From Candidatus Iainarchaeum sp. (GTDB lineage: Archaea > Iainarchaeota > Iainarchaeia > Iainarchaeales > GCA-2688035), in assembly GCA_017610175.1 (NCBI GenBank), contig JAFCCO010000005.1, forward strand, positions 284-64,283: 64,000 nt of DNA. The letters run 5' to 3'. The notes beneath the pieces were generated by a model. That model searched no databases. It was not told where the DNA came from and worked only from the letters and a program-made list of their open reading frames with translations. The first letter of the stretch is position 1, and the number at the start of each line of letters is the position of its first letter. Positions 1 through 8,503 of the stretch are shown here, one piece after another. The position numbers were made by a program, and so were the translations under genes.

Positions 1-2
1 AA

Positions 3-488
3 ATACTTGAAGTAATCCCCAAAGCAGTGGCCGAGAGCGCCTCACTAATTAAAAGCGACCTCGAATTCAGAATAATCCAAGAAGATCCGGTAATAGAATT
101 CACAATAGAAGAGATTGGCATCGGCCAAAGCGCAGAGGTTTCATACTTTGTTGAAAAGAAAGTAGAGCAGGCAACACTTGCAGAATGGATTGCCCCAATC
201 CCAGTAGCTGCAAAAGAAGTAATTCCAAAACCCACAACCTGCTCAATTGACTCAGACTGTGATGATCAGGAACCCTGCACAAACGAGTTCTGTTTGAACG
301 GCCAATGCAGCTTCGCACCGCTTGCGGATGGGACAAATTGTGGATTTGGAATGGAGTGCACTGCTGCCGAATGCATTGAAATTGAACGCGTTCAGATTGT
401 TGCAGAAGAAGATTATACCGTTATCTACATTGCGCTTGCCGTTCTGTTGGTTCTTGCGGCGGCAGCCTACTACTACAAAAGAATGTAA
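3..488 (+). CDS. C-terminal part of a surface/membrane-anchored protein with a Cys-rich repeat and C-terminal TM helix (5'-truncated by window)
   Basis: Frame is open from position 3; CSIDSDCDDQEPCTNEFCLNGQC Cys motif; hydrophobic tail followed by KRM. Confidence 0.7.
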   Translation: MLEVIPKAVAESASLIKSDLEFRIIQEDPVIEFTIEEIGIGQSAEVSYFVEKKVEQATLAEWIAPIPVAAKEVIPKPTTCSIDSDCDDQEPCTNEFCLNGQCSFAPLADGTNCGFGMECTAAECIEIERVQIVAEEDYTVIYIALAVLLVLAAAAYYYKRM

Positions 489-542
489 TCGTTCACATGT
501 CAAATCTTAAAAGGCTTTTCCCCGACTATCTGATGTGATAAC

Positions 543-1367
543 ATGCTTTCGCACGAAATGAAAAACCAGCTTAGGGGCTTTTTGGAAGCCGATTTGGGGC
601 GAAGTGATCTCACCGCCCACATTGTTCCGGGAAAGAAGGTAAGCGCACAGATTATTGTGCGGGAAAAATGTGTTCTTGCAGGGCTTGAAGAGGCAGCGTA
701 TCTTTTTGGCCTAAAAGGAGTAAAGTGCATTAAGAGGCACAAAGACGGTGAAAAGGTTCGGGTCGGGGCGGTTGTTTTAAAACTCAGCGGACTTAACAAA
801 GCAGTATTCGGTGTTGAGCGCACTGCCTTGAACATTATTTCCAGAATGTCCGCTGTTGCGACTGCCTGTTCTGATGCGCAGAAAATTGCGGGCGAGCGCA
901 TTTCAGTTTCACTAACGCGCAAGACAATGCCTGGATTCAACCTCTTTGACAATAAGGCGGCTGAGGTTGCGGGAATCTGGACCCACAGGATTGACCTCAA
1001 CAGTTTTGTTTTGCTGAAAGAGAACAATGTTGCATTATTTGACAAGCCATGCGACGCAGTTCTTGAGGCGCGGGCAGTTTACGGAAACAAAATGATTATT
1101 GAAATTGAAACCGAGTCTGTTGCAGAAGCCCTCAATGCGATAACTGCCAAGCCGGATATAGTGATGCTTGACAATTTTTCTGCCGCAACCGCTAAGTCTG
1201 CAATAAAGAAGCTTCGCGCACGCGGTTTTGCGGGACGCATTGAACTTTCCGGTGGAATAACTTTAAAAAACCTGAAGCGCTTTGCGCAATGCAAGCCCGA
1301 CCTGATTTCGATGGGTTCACTAACACAAAGTGTTTCATCAAAGAATTTTTCCCTTGATATTTTGTGA
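543..1367 (+). CDS. nadC: Nicotinate-nucleotide pyrophosphorylase (quinolinate phosphoribosyltransferase)
   Basis: ERTALN, TRKTMPG, HR, EIE, MLDN, SGGI and ISMGSLT motifs. Confidence 0.95.
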   Translation: MLSHEMKNQLRGFLEADLGRSDLTAHIVPGKKVSAQIIVREKCVLAGLEEAAYLFGLKGVKCIKRHKDGEKVRVGAVVLKLSGLNKAVFGVERTALNIISRMSAVATACSDAQKIAGERISVSLTRKTMPGFNLFDNKAAEVAGIWTHRIDLNSFVLLKENNVALFDKPCDAVLEARAVYGNKMIIEIETESVAEALNAITAKPDIVMLDNFSAATAKSAIKKLRARGFAGRIELSGGITLKNLKRFAQCKPDLISMGSLTQSVSSKNFSLDIL

Positions 1368-1377
1368 GTGTGTTTGA

Positions 1378-1947
1378 ATGAAGATAGCTCTTTTTGGCGG
1401 AACGTTTGATCCTGTGCACAACGGGCATGTTAGGGCAACGGAGGAAATCATTCGCCAGGGCATTGTGGACGAGGTTTGGTTCATTCCAGTCCAGTGGCAT
1501 GCGTTTAAGGACAACGTAAACGTAACATTTCTTGAGCACAGAAAGGCAATGCTTAAAATTGCGGTTCAGGGGAAGGCAGGCATTAAGGTAATTGACCTCA
1601 ACGAAAATCCCACTTACACGCTTGACACAATTCTCAAGGCAAAGAAAAAGTTTCCGGAGCACGAGTACTTCTGGCTGATGGGTACAAATCTTGTGGAGGA
1701 ATTCTCGTCCTGGAAAAATCCCAAACAGGTTCTAAAAGAGGTTAAGCTGATTCTATTCCCTGTTCCCGGAAACGAGCGGGAACAAAACGATTTGATTGAT
1801 TCAAGCAACCCAATTCGGGTTGAGGCAAAAGAGATTGACCTAAGCAGCACGATTGTTCGCGAAAGGCTGCAGAGGGGCGAGTCCGTTGAGGGCCTTGTGG
1901 ACTCCAAAGTGCTTGAATATATTGAGGGCAATAATCTCTACAATTAG
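1378..1947 (+). CDS. nadD: Nicotinate-nucleotide adenylyltransferase, bacterial NadD type
   Basis: FGGTFDPVHNGH, YTLDT, W and SSTIVR motifs; adjacent to nadC. Confidence 0.92.
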   Translation: MKIALFGGTFDPVHNGHVRATEEIIRQGIVDEVWFIPVQWHAFKDNVNVTFLEHRKAMLKIAVQGKAGIKVIDLNENPTYTLDTILKAKKKFPEHEYFWLMGTNLVEEFSSWKNPKQVLKEVKLILFPVPGNEREQNDLIDSSNPIRVEAKEIDLSSTIVRERLQRGESVEGLVDSKVLEYIEGNNLYN

Positions 1948-2030
1948 GCGTGGCCTTTAAGGCGTAAGCGTTAAAAACAACAAAACCGTAGATTTTAACA
2001 GTAAGTTCTTAACGTTCAGGTGATTTTAAA

Positions 2031-2303
2031 ATGCCAAGAAAACACGGAGCAAGGGCTGTTGGTGATGCAATTAAGAGGATTGCAAAATCAAAGGGTGTGC
2101 CGCACAGTGGAGTTACTTTGGGACAGGCACAGTCACGCACCTCAGCAAGACAGGTTAGGACGCCCCGGAAATCAGTGCCTGGTGCAAAAGTAAGGCTTCG
2201 CCCCAACGAAACGGTTAAAATGGCTCTCAGGCGAATGGCCAAGATCTCAGGGTCAAATTCCGCTGGCAAAATAGGAAAGGGAACAACGCGAAAGAGGCAT
2301 TGA
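2031..2303 (+). CDS. Small, highly basic hypothetical protein
   Basis: AGGTGA RBS upstream of ATG; 90 aa, Lys/Arg-rich. Confidence 0.65.
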   Translation: MPRKHGARAVGDAIKRIAKSKGVPHSGVTLGQAQSRTSARQVRTPRKSVPGAKVRLRPNETVKMALRRMAKISGSNSAGKIGKGTTRKRH

Positions 2304-2350
2304 ATAAGTCTTTTTAAGCTTGTCCAGCCAATACTTTACTGGTGTAATTT

Positions 2351-2491
2351 ATGCCGGTTCCGAGGGGCAAGTCAGCAGCGAGGAATCTAAGAAAGGCATC
2401 AAAGCCTGTTGCAAGCCTTCTCAGGCGCAAGATGAAAAGAAAGTCCGGAAAACTCGGTGAAAAGCACAACGGCAAAAAAACGGAGAAGTGA
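2351..2491 (+). CDS. 46-aa basic hypothetical protein (not in ORF track)
   Basis: MPVPRGKSAARNLRKASKPVASLLRRKMKRKSGKLGEKHNGKKTEK; GGTG upstream; fills the gap before ilvE. Confidence 0.5.
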   Translation: MPVPRGKSAARNLRKASKPVASLLRRKMKRKSGKLGEKHNGKKTEK

Positions 2492-2496
2492 TTCTA

Positions 2497-3411
2497 GTGG
2501 AAGAGGTTGAATGGATTTGGCTTAACGGAGAATTTGTTAAATGGGGTGAGGCAAAGGTTCACGTTTTGACCCACGCACTCCACTATGGTTCGGGTGTGTT
2601 TGAGGGAATCCGATGCTACGACACGCCAAAGGGCTCAGCTGTTTTCAGGCTCAAGGACCACCTCAAAAGGCTTTTCTATTCGGCAGAGGTCATGGGCCTC
2701 AAAATTCCCTACAAGGAAAAGGAACTTTACGACACTACGCTTGAATTAATCAGAAAAAATAAGGTAAAAGAGGCGTATATTCGCCCGATTGTTTTCTTTG
2801 GATACGGCAAAATGGGCCTGAACCCTGTCGGGGCAAAAGTTGACGTTTCAATTTCACTCTGGCCGTGGGGCGCATACCTTGGAGAGGACGGAATTAAGAA
2901 CGGCGTTCGCGTAAAGATTTCACCATGGGTTAGGCCTCCCACAAACGTTATGCCAACCAACGCAAAGGTTAACGGAAATTATGTTAACAGCATTCTCGCA
3001 AAGGTTGACGCAGTCGAAACAGGTTACGAGGATGCAATTCTTCTTGATTCAAAGGGAAACGTTGCCGAGTGCACGGCAGAAAACCTTTTCATTGTAAAGG
3101 ACAACGTTCTCATAACACCCCCGACTGACAACACACTGAAGGGAATTACCCGCGACAGCATAATGAAGATTGCCCTCGACTTTGACATAAAGGTTGAGGA
3201 AAGGTTCTTCAACAAGGACAAGCTCTACGCGGCAGACGAGTGTTTTATGACCGGAACAGCTGCAGAGGTCACCCCAATTCGCGAAGTTGACGGCAATGCA
3301 ATCGGGGAAGGCAAGCCAGGCCCGATAACCAAGAAAGTGCAAAATAAATACTACAAAGCAATCCACGGAAAAGCCCCTGAATACGAAAAATGGCTTGACT
3401 TTGCGGAGTGA
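2497..3411 (+). CDS. ilvE: Branched-chain amino acid aminotransferase
   Basis: HALHYGSGVFEGIR, YIRP, AKVNGNY, L.GITR and GTAAEVTP motifs; GTG start at 2497 (2488 alternative). Confidence 0.96.
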   Translation: MEEVEWIWLNGEFVKWGEAKVHVLTHALHYGSGVFEGIRCYDTPKGSAVFRLKDHLKRLFYSAEVMGLKIPYKEKELYDTTLELIRKNKVKEAYIRPIVFFGYGKMGLNPVGAKVDVSISLWPWGAYLGEDGIKNGVRVKISPWVRPPTNVMPTNAKVNGNYVNSILAKVDAVETGYEDAILLDSKGNVAECTAENLFIVKDNVLITPPTDNTLKGITRDSIMKIALDFDIKVEERFFNKDKLYAADECFMTGTAAEVTPIREVDGNAIGEGKPGPITKKVQNKYYKAIHGKAPEYEKWLDFAE

Positions 3412-3416
3412 ACCAA

Positions 3417-3476
3417 ATGCACATTAGAAAAAGGCTCAAGCGATTTTTGGGGTTTGCAAGAAGAATTAAGCGCTGA
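3417..3476 (+). CDS. Putative 19-aa cationic micro-peptide MHIRKRLKRFLGFARRIKR
   Basis: GGAGTGA RBS-like sequence overlapping the ilvE stop, 5 nt before ATG. Confidence 0.35.
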   Translation: MHIRKRLKRFLGFARRIKR

Positions 3477-3477
3477 G

Positions 3478-3493
3478 AGAAAGCCTTTTAAAT
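3478..3493 (+). promoter_or_regulatory. Archaeal BRE/TATA promoter of the leu leader and leu-ilv operon
   Basis: Purine-rich AGAAAGC followed by TTTTAAAT (3486-3493), about 40 nt before the leader ATG. Confidence 0.6.
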
Positions 3494-3532
3494 CCCTTAA
3501 GCACTATAGATAATAGCAATACAGTGGTATTT

Positions 3533-3619
3533 ATGAAAACAGCAGGTAGTTTTGGAACAAAGTCTACGAATTACTTACTTAGCCTGCTCGTTTTGCTTCT
3601 GGTTTTGCTGTTAGGATAA
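3533..3619 (+). CDS. Leucine/valine-rich leader peptide of the leu-ilv operon (28 aa)
   Basis: MKTAGSFGTKSTNYLLSLLVLLLVLLLG*; 10 Leu and 2 Val in the last 14 codons; ends 77 nt before leuA. Confidence 0.85.
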   Translation: MKTAGSFGTKSTNYLLSLLVLLLVLLLG

Positions 3620-3688
3620 GCACTTCCTAGCTAAAGCAAATTTTGGAAGTGCGGTTTTAAAACTGGAGAAGTCATTAGATTCGAGGTG
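3604..3688 (+). promoter_or_regulatory. Putative attenuator: alternative RNA hairpins downstream of the Leu leader
   Basis: Stem A TTTGCT-GTTAGGA/TCCTAGC-AGCAAA (3604-3640) competes with stem B GCACTTCC/GGAAGTGC (3620-3652), which is followed by GGTTTT; CACTTC can also pair with the leuA RBS GAGGTG (3683-3688). Confidence 0.65.
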
Positions 3689-3696
3689 TTTTGGAA

Positions 3697-5214
3697 ATGA
3701 GAAAAATAAGAGTTTTTGATACAACGCTCAGAGATGGGGAGCAGAGCCCTGGTGCGACTCTTACGCATCGCGAGAAAATAATGATTGCAAGGCAGCTTGA
3801 AAAGCTTGGTGTTGATGTAATCGAGGCGGGTTTTCCTATCGCGAGCGATGACGATTTCAAGGCGGTTAAGGAGATTGCGGAAACCGTTAAGGGGCTGAGC
3901 GTGTGCGGTCTTGCCCGCGCAATGCCAAAGGACATTGACAGGGCCTGGGAGGCCATTCAGAACGCCAAAAAACCAAGGATACACACTTTTATGTCGACAA
4001 GCGACGTGCATTTAAAGCACCAATTCAAAAAAACCAGGGATGAGGCCCTTGAAATGAGTGTTGAGGCTGTAAAACTTGCCTGTTCCTACTGTAAGGATGT
4101 GGAGTTTTCGCCAATGGATGCCACGCGCACCGACCCCAAATTCCTTTTCCAGGTGCTTGAAAAAGTGATTGAAGCCGGTGCGGGGACGGTTAACATTCCT
4201 GACACTGTTGGGTATGCCCAGCCAGTGGAATTCGGCAAGCTCATTAAGAACATTTGCGATAACGTTCCGGGCATTGAGAATGCGGTAGTTAGCGTGCACT
4301 GCCACAACGATTTGGGGCTTGCGGTCGCAAACAGCCTTGAGGCGGTGCGCAACGGCGCCGGCCAGGTTGAGTGCACTGTAAATGGCATTGGCGAGCGTGC
4401 AGGAAATGCGTCCCTTGAAGAAATCGCGATGAACCTGCATACCCGCAGTGAATTTTTTGGGGTCTGCACAAGCATTAACCTTAAGGAAATTTATCCTTCA
4501 TCGCTGATGGTCAGCAACCTTACAGGGATGGCGGTTCAGCGCAACAAGGCAATTGTTGGCAAAAACGCATTTGCGCACGAGGCCGGAATTCACCAGCACG
4601 GTGTTCTTGCAAACTCACAAACTTATGAGATAATGGACCCTGAGATGATTGGCAATAAAAGCCAGTTTGTGCTCGGCAAGCATTCCGGCAAGCACGCAAC
4701 AAAGAAGGTTCTCAAGGACATGGGTTTTGATCTCTCAGACGACGAGCTCAAACAGGTAACCAACAGGATAAAACAGCTTGCAGACAAGCAGAAAACCGTG
4801 CTCGATGAAGACATTGTTGCAATTGCAGGAGATGTCACACAGCAGCTTAAGAAAGAGGAAAAGCGAATTGTTCTTGAGGAATTTCGCATTGAAACAGGCA
4901 ACAAGGTAAAGCCCACTGCAATCCTCAAGCTTATAATCGACGGAAAGAAAGTTGAGGCAAAGGGAACAGGGGTTGGGCCTGTTGACGCAATAACCAACGC
5001 ACTGCAATCAGTTTCACCCACAAAGGTTTCGCTCCACGAATACCACCTCAACGCAATAACAGGCGGAACAGACGCACTTGCGGACGTTGAGGTAAAAATA
5101 GTCAACGGGTCGGGAAAGGTCCACAATGCAGAGGCAATCAATGAGGATGTACTAACGGCAAGCACGAACGCCATCATAAAGGGCATAAACAAGGCGCTTG
5201 CCAACAAAAAGTAG
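3697..5214 (+). CDS. leuA: 2-isopropylmalate synthase
   Basis: DTTLRDGEQSPG, EAGFP, HCHNDLGLA, GIGERAGN and HEAGIHQ motifs, C-terminal regulatory domain; GAGGTG RBS before ATG 3697. Confidence 0.93.
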   Translation: MRKIRVFDTTLRDGEQSPGATLTHREKIMIARQLEKLGVDVIEAGFPIASDDDFKAVKEIAETVKGLSVCGLARAMPKDIDRAWEAIQNAKKPRIHTFMSTSDVHLKHQFKKTRDEALEMSVEAVKLACSYCKDVEFSPMDATRTDPKFLFQVLEKVIEAGAGTVNIPDTVGYAQPVEFGKLIKNICDNVPGIENAVVSVHCHNDLGLAVANSLEAVRNGAGQVECTVNGIGERAGNASLEEIAMNLHTRSEFFGVCTSINLKEIYPSSLMVSNLTGMAVQRNKAIVGKNAFAHEAGIHQHGVLANSQTYEIMDPEMIGNKSQFVLGKHSGKHATKKVLKDMGFDLSDDELKQVTNRIKQLADKQKTVLDEDIVAIAGDVTQQLKKEEKRIVLEEFRIETGNKVKPTAILKLIIDGKKVEAKGTGVGPVDAITNALQSVSPTKVSLHEYHLNAITGGTDALADVEVKIVNGSGKVHNAEAINEDVLTASTNAIIKGINKALANKK

Positions 5215-5223
5215 GTGAATGCA

Positions 5224-6921
5224 ATGCAGGGAAGTGAAGCAATAATAAAAACCCTTATTGAGGAAAAGGCGGAGCACGTGTTCGGTTTTCCGGGCGGAGC
5301 GGTAATGCCAATCTACGACAAGTTTCTTGACTACGAAGATGAGTTAAGGCACATTCTTGTAAGGCACGAGCAGGCGGCGGCGCACGCAGCAGACGGCTAT
5401 GCAAAGATTTCGGGAAAGGCAGGAGTCTGCCTTGCAACCTCCGGGCCAGGGGCAACAAACCTTGTGACCGGCATAATGACCGCTTACATGGATTCGGTTC
5501 CGCTCATTGCACTCGCCGGAAACGTTCCAACTTCGCTTCTTGGAAACGACGCTTTCCAGGAGTCCGACATGATGGGAATCACGATGCCAATTACAAAGCA
5601 CAATTTCCAAATTCGCGACCCGAACACAATCCGCTCAAAGATCAGGAAGGCATTCAAGATTGCACAGCACGGCAGGCCAGGTCCTGTCTATATTGACATT
5701 CCAAAGGACTCGCAGGTAAAGGAGGTAACAAAGGACATTAACAACGTGCTAATTGCAGGATTCAAGCCGGTTCTTAAGGGCCACCCTGTTCAGATAAAAA
5801 AGGCGGCCGAAATGATTCTCAAGGCAGAGTGCCCGGTAATTCTTGCAGGCGGCGGAATTCTTATCTCAAAGGCTTACGCTGAACTTGGCGAGCTTGCGGA
5901 GGGAATGAGCATTCCTGTAACCACCACTTTCATGGGGAAAAGCTGTTTTCCCGAAACACATCCCCTTTGCCTCGGAGTTATTGGGATGCACGGCAGAAAG
6001 GTTGCAAACTACGCAATCGGAAATGCTGATCTAATAATCAATGTTGGCTGCAGGTTCAGTGACAGGATAACGGGTGACCTCAAGACATTTGCAAGTGGCG
6101 CAAAAATAATCCACATAGACATTGACAGCGCCGAAATAGGCAAGAACGTAAAAATCGACCTTCCGATTGTGGGTGATGCAAAGCAGGTTCTTTCCGAGCT
6201 TGTTAAGATCATAAAATTAAAGGCCCCGAAGAGCAGGGGGTGGGCTGAAAAAATCAAGAAATTTATCAAGGACTGCGACTGCGCGATTGACGTGAAGGGA
6301 AGCCCGCTTGATCCCAGAAAAATAATGTTCGAGCTCAACAGAATTCTTGGAAAAGAGGACATTCTTTCAACCGGAACCGGGCAGCACCAGATGTTTGCCA
6401 TGCACTTTGTTAAAAGGGACGTGCCGCACACGTTCATTTCAAGCGGGGGGGCGGGCACAATGGGATACGGTTTTCCCGCGGCAATTGGCGCAAAGGTTGC
6501 AAAGCCGGATGCACAGGTTTTTGACCTTGATGGGGACGGCTCTTTTGCAATGGTTATTCAGGAGCTTGCAACCTGCAAGGAAGAAAATATAAAGGTTATT
6601 CCCGTAATTATGAACAACGCATACCTTGGAATGGTCAGGCAGTGGATGGAGCTATTCGTTGACAAAAGATACAGTGGAGTGCACCTCAAAAGGACCCCTG
6701 ACTTTGCAAAGGTGGCAGAAGCCTACGGGCTTGAGGGAATAACGGTTGAGCGTGACTCAGAGCTTCGCGAGGCGTTTGAACGCGCTTACAAGGCGGACTC
6801 AACGGTCTTAATTGATGTGATTACACAGGAAGAGGCAAACATCCTCCCAATGTTTTCGGCGGGGGCAAACAATGTTGACATGTTTGGTGGATGCATTCAA
6901 AACAAGGGAGAACTGTTTTAG
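5224..6921 (+). CDS. ilvB: Acetolactate synthase large subunit
   Basis: FGFPGG, RHEQAAAHAADGY, TSGPGATN, GQHQM and GDGSF ThDP motifs. Confidence 0.96.
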   Translation: MQGSEAIIKTLIEEKAEHVFGFPGGAVMPIYDKFLDYEDELRHILVRHEQAAAHAADGYAKISGKAGVCLATSGPGATNLVTGIMTAYMDSVPLIALAGNVPTSLLGNDAFQESDMMGITMPITKHNFQIRDPNTIRSKIRKAFKIAQHGRPGPVYIDIPKDSQVKEVTKDINNVLIAGFKPVLKGHPVQIKKAAEMILKAECPVILAGGGILISKAYAELGELAEGMSIPVTTTFMGKSCFPETHPLCLGVIGMHGRKVANYAIGNADLIINVGCRFSDRITGDLKTFASGAKIIHIDIDSAEIGKNVKIDLPIVGDAKQVLSELVKIIKLKAPKSRGWAEKIKKFIKDCDCAIDVKGSPLDPRKIMFELNRILGKEDILSTGTGQHQMFAMHFVKRDVPHTFISSGGAGTMGYGFPAAIGAKVAKPDAQVFDLDGDGSFAMVIQELATCKEENIKVIPVIMNNAYLGMVRQWMELFVDKRYSGVHLKRTPDFAKVAEAYGLEGITVERDSELREAFERAYKADSTVLIDVITQEEANILPMFSAGANNVDMFGGCIQNKGELF

Positions 6922-6934
6922 GGAAGGGGTTTGA

Positions 6935-7447
6935 ATGGATGAATCAAGGGAAATTGGCGGAAAAACAAAGAAACACATAATCGGAATTATGGTTGACGAC
7001 CACCCGGGCGTAATGTCAAAGCTTTCCTCGCTTTTCGCAAGGCGCGGATTCAACATTGACAGCATTGTTGTCGGAAAAAGCGCCCACCCAGGAATGGCAC
7101 ACATTGTGATAAGCGTTGTTGCCAACGACGAAATCATTGAACAGCTTGAAAAACAGGTAAACAAGCTAATTGACGTTGCAAAGATTACAGACCTTGCGCC
7201 AGCGCAAAGCGTGATAAGGGAACACTGCCTTGTGAAAGTGGCCTCAACGGAAAAATCAAGGGAGGACATAATTAACATCGCAAAAATCCACAAGGCAAAG
7301 GTCCTTGACATTAACCACTCAAGCATAATTGTTGAAATAGTCGGCAGGCCAGCCAAAATAGAAAATTTTATTGAGCTAATGGGAAAGTACGGAATTAAGG
7401 AAGTAAGCAGAACAGGAATTAATGCCCTGCAAAGGGGAACAAAATAA
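6935..7447 (+). CDS. ilvH: Acetolactate synthase small (regulatory) subunit
   Basis: PGVMSK..LFARRGFNIDSI ACT domain, KQVNKLIDV and SRTG motifs. Confidence 0.94.
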   Translation: MDESREIGGKTKKHIIGIMVDDHPGVMSKLSSLFARRGFNIDSIVVGKSAHPGMAHIVISVVANDEIIEQLEKQVNKLIDVAKITDLAPAQSVIREHCLVKVASTEKSREDIINIAKIHKAKVLDINHSSIIVEIVGRPAKIENFIELMGKYGIKEVSRTGINALQRGTK

Positions 7448-7512
7448 AAACAGTTATCAGGTAATTCGGTAAGAATTGCCCAACTTCAAATTGCAAACGG
7501 AGGGAGTAAAAC

Positions 7513-8496
7513 ATGAAAATATATCACGAAAACGACGCATCAATCGATGCACTTAAGGACAAAACAATTGCCATAATCGGCTACGGAAACCAGGGAAGGC
7601 CTCAGGCACTGTGCCTCAGGGATTCCGGCTTGAAAGTAATCGTCGGCTCAATAAAGGACGCATCCTTTGACAAGGCCGTTGAAGACGGTTTTGAAACATT
7701 TCCAATAGCGGAAGCCGCGGAAAAAGCGGACCTTGTCCAGATTCTTCTGCCTGACGAGTTCCAGGGAGTGGTTTACGCAAGCGAAATCGCGCCGCACATG
7801 AAGGAAGGCAAGATTCTCTGCTGCTCACACGGCTTTAGCATTGTGTTCAAGGGAATTGTGCCCCCCGAAAACGTTGACGTAATAATGGCAGCACCAAAGA
7901 GCCCGGGCAGCGAGGAAAGAAAGGAATACGTGCGCGGATTCGGAGTGCCGGGCCTCATAGCCGTTTACAAGGACGCAAGCGGAAAGGCAAGGGATTATGC
8001 ACTTGCATACGCAAAAGGAATGGGCTACACAAGAGCAGGGGTAATTGAATGCACGTTTCCCCAGGAAACATACTCGGACCTGTTTGGGGAACAGACAGTT
8101 CTATGCGGCGGAGTAACAGAGCTCATGAGAGCTGGCTTTGAAACACTCACCGAAGCAGGCTACCCGCCTGAAATCGCATACTTTGAATGCATCAACGAGC
8201 TCAAGCTCATCGTGGACATGATTTACGAGGGCGGATTCGAATTGATGTGGAAGCGCGTAAGCAACACCGCAGAATACGGCGGAAGGACACGCGGCCCAAA
8301 GGTAATTGGCAAGGAATCAAAGGAAGCAATGAAGCAGCTTCTCAAAGACATTGAGTCAGGCGCTTTTGCAAAAGAGTGGGTTGACGAGGTCAAAGCAGGA
8401 ATGCCAAACCTCAACAAGCTCCGCGAAGAGCAGGCAAAGGAACCGGTCGAAACAATCGGCAAGGAAATCAGAGCCCTCTTTGAAAAAAAGGAATAA
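7513..8496 (+). CDS. ilvC: Ketol-acid reductoisomerase
   Basis: [31 protein letters not shown] and SNTAEYG motifs. Confidence 0.97.
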   Translation: MKIYHENDASIDALKDKTIAIIGYGNQGRPQALCLRDSGLKVIVGSIKDASFDKAVEDGFETFPIAEAAEKADLVQILLPDEFQGVVYASEIAPHMKEGKILCCSHGFSIVFKGIVPPENVDVIMAAPKSPGSEERKEYVRGFGVPGLIAVYKDASGKARDYALAYAKGMGYTRAGVIECTFPQETYSDLFGEQTVLCGGVTELMRAGFETLTEAGYPPEIAYFECINELKLIVDMIYEGGFELMWKRVSNTAEYGGRTRGPKVIGKESKEAMKQLLKDIESGAFAKEWVDEVKAGMPNLNKLREEQAKEPVETIGKEIRALFEKKE

Positions 8497-8503
8497 GCAA
8501 AGC

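Noticed and set aside
2351-2491. Short ORF directly upstream of ilvE as a branched-chain leader peptide
   Set aside because: No Leu/Ile/Val run; K/R-rich; abuts ilvE with no room for an attenuator.
8351-8503. N-terminal extensions in the ORF track (ilvD 8351, leuD 11156, AsnB fusion 52453, argD 33402)
   Set aside because: They overlap upstream genes; motifs and RBSs indicate starts at 8504, 11402, 52588 and 33363.
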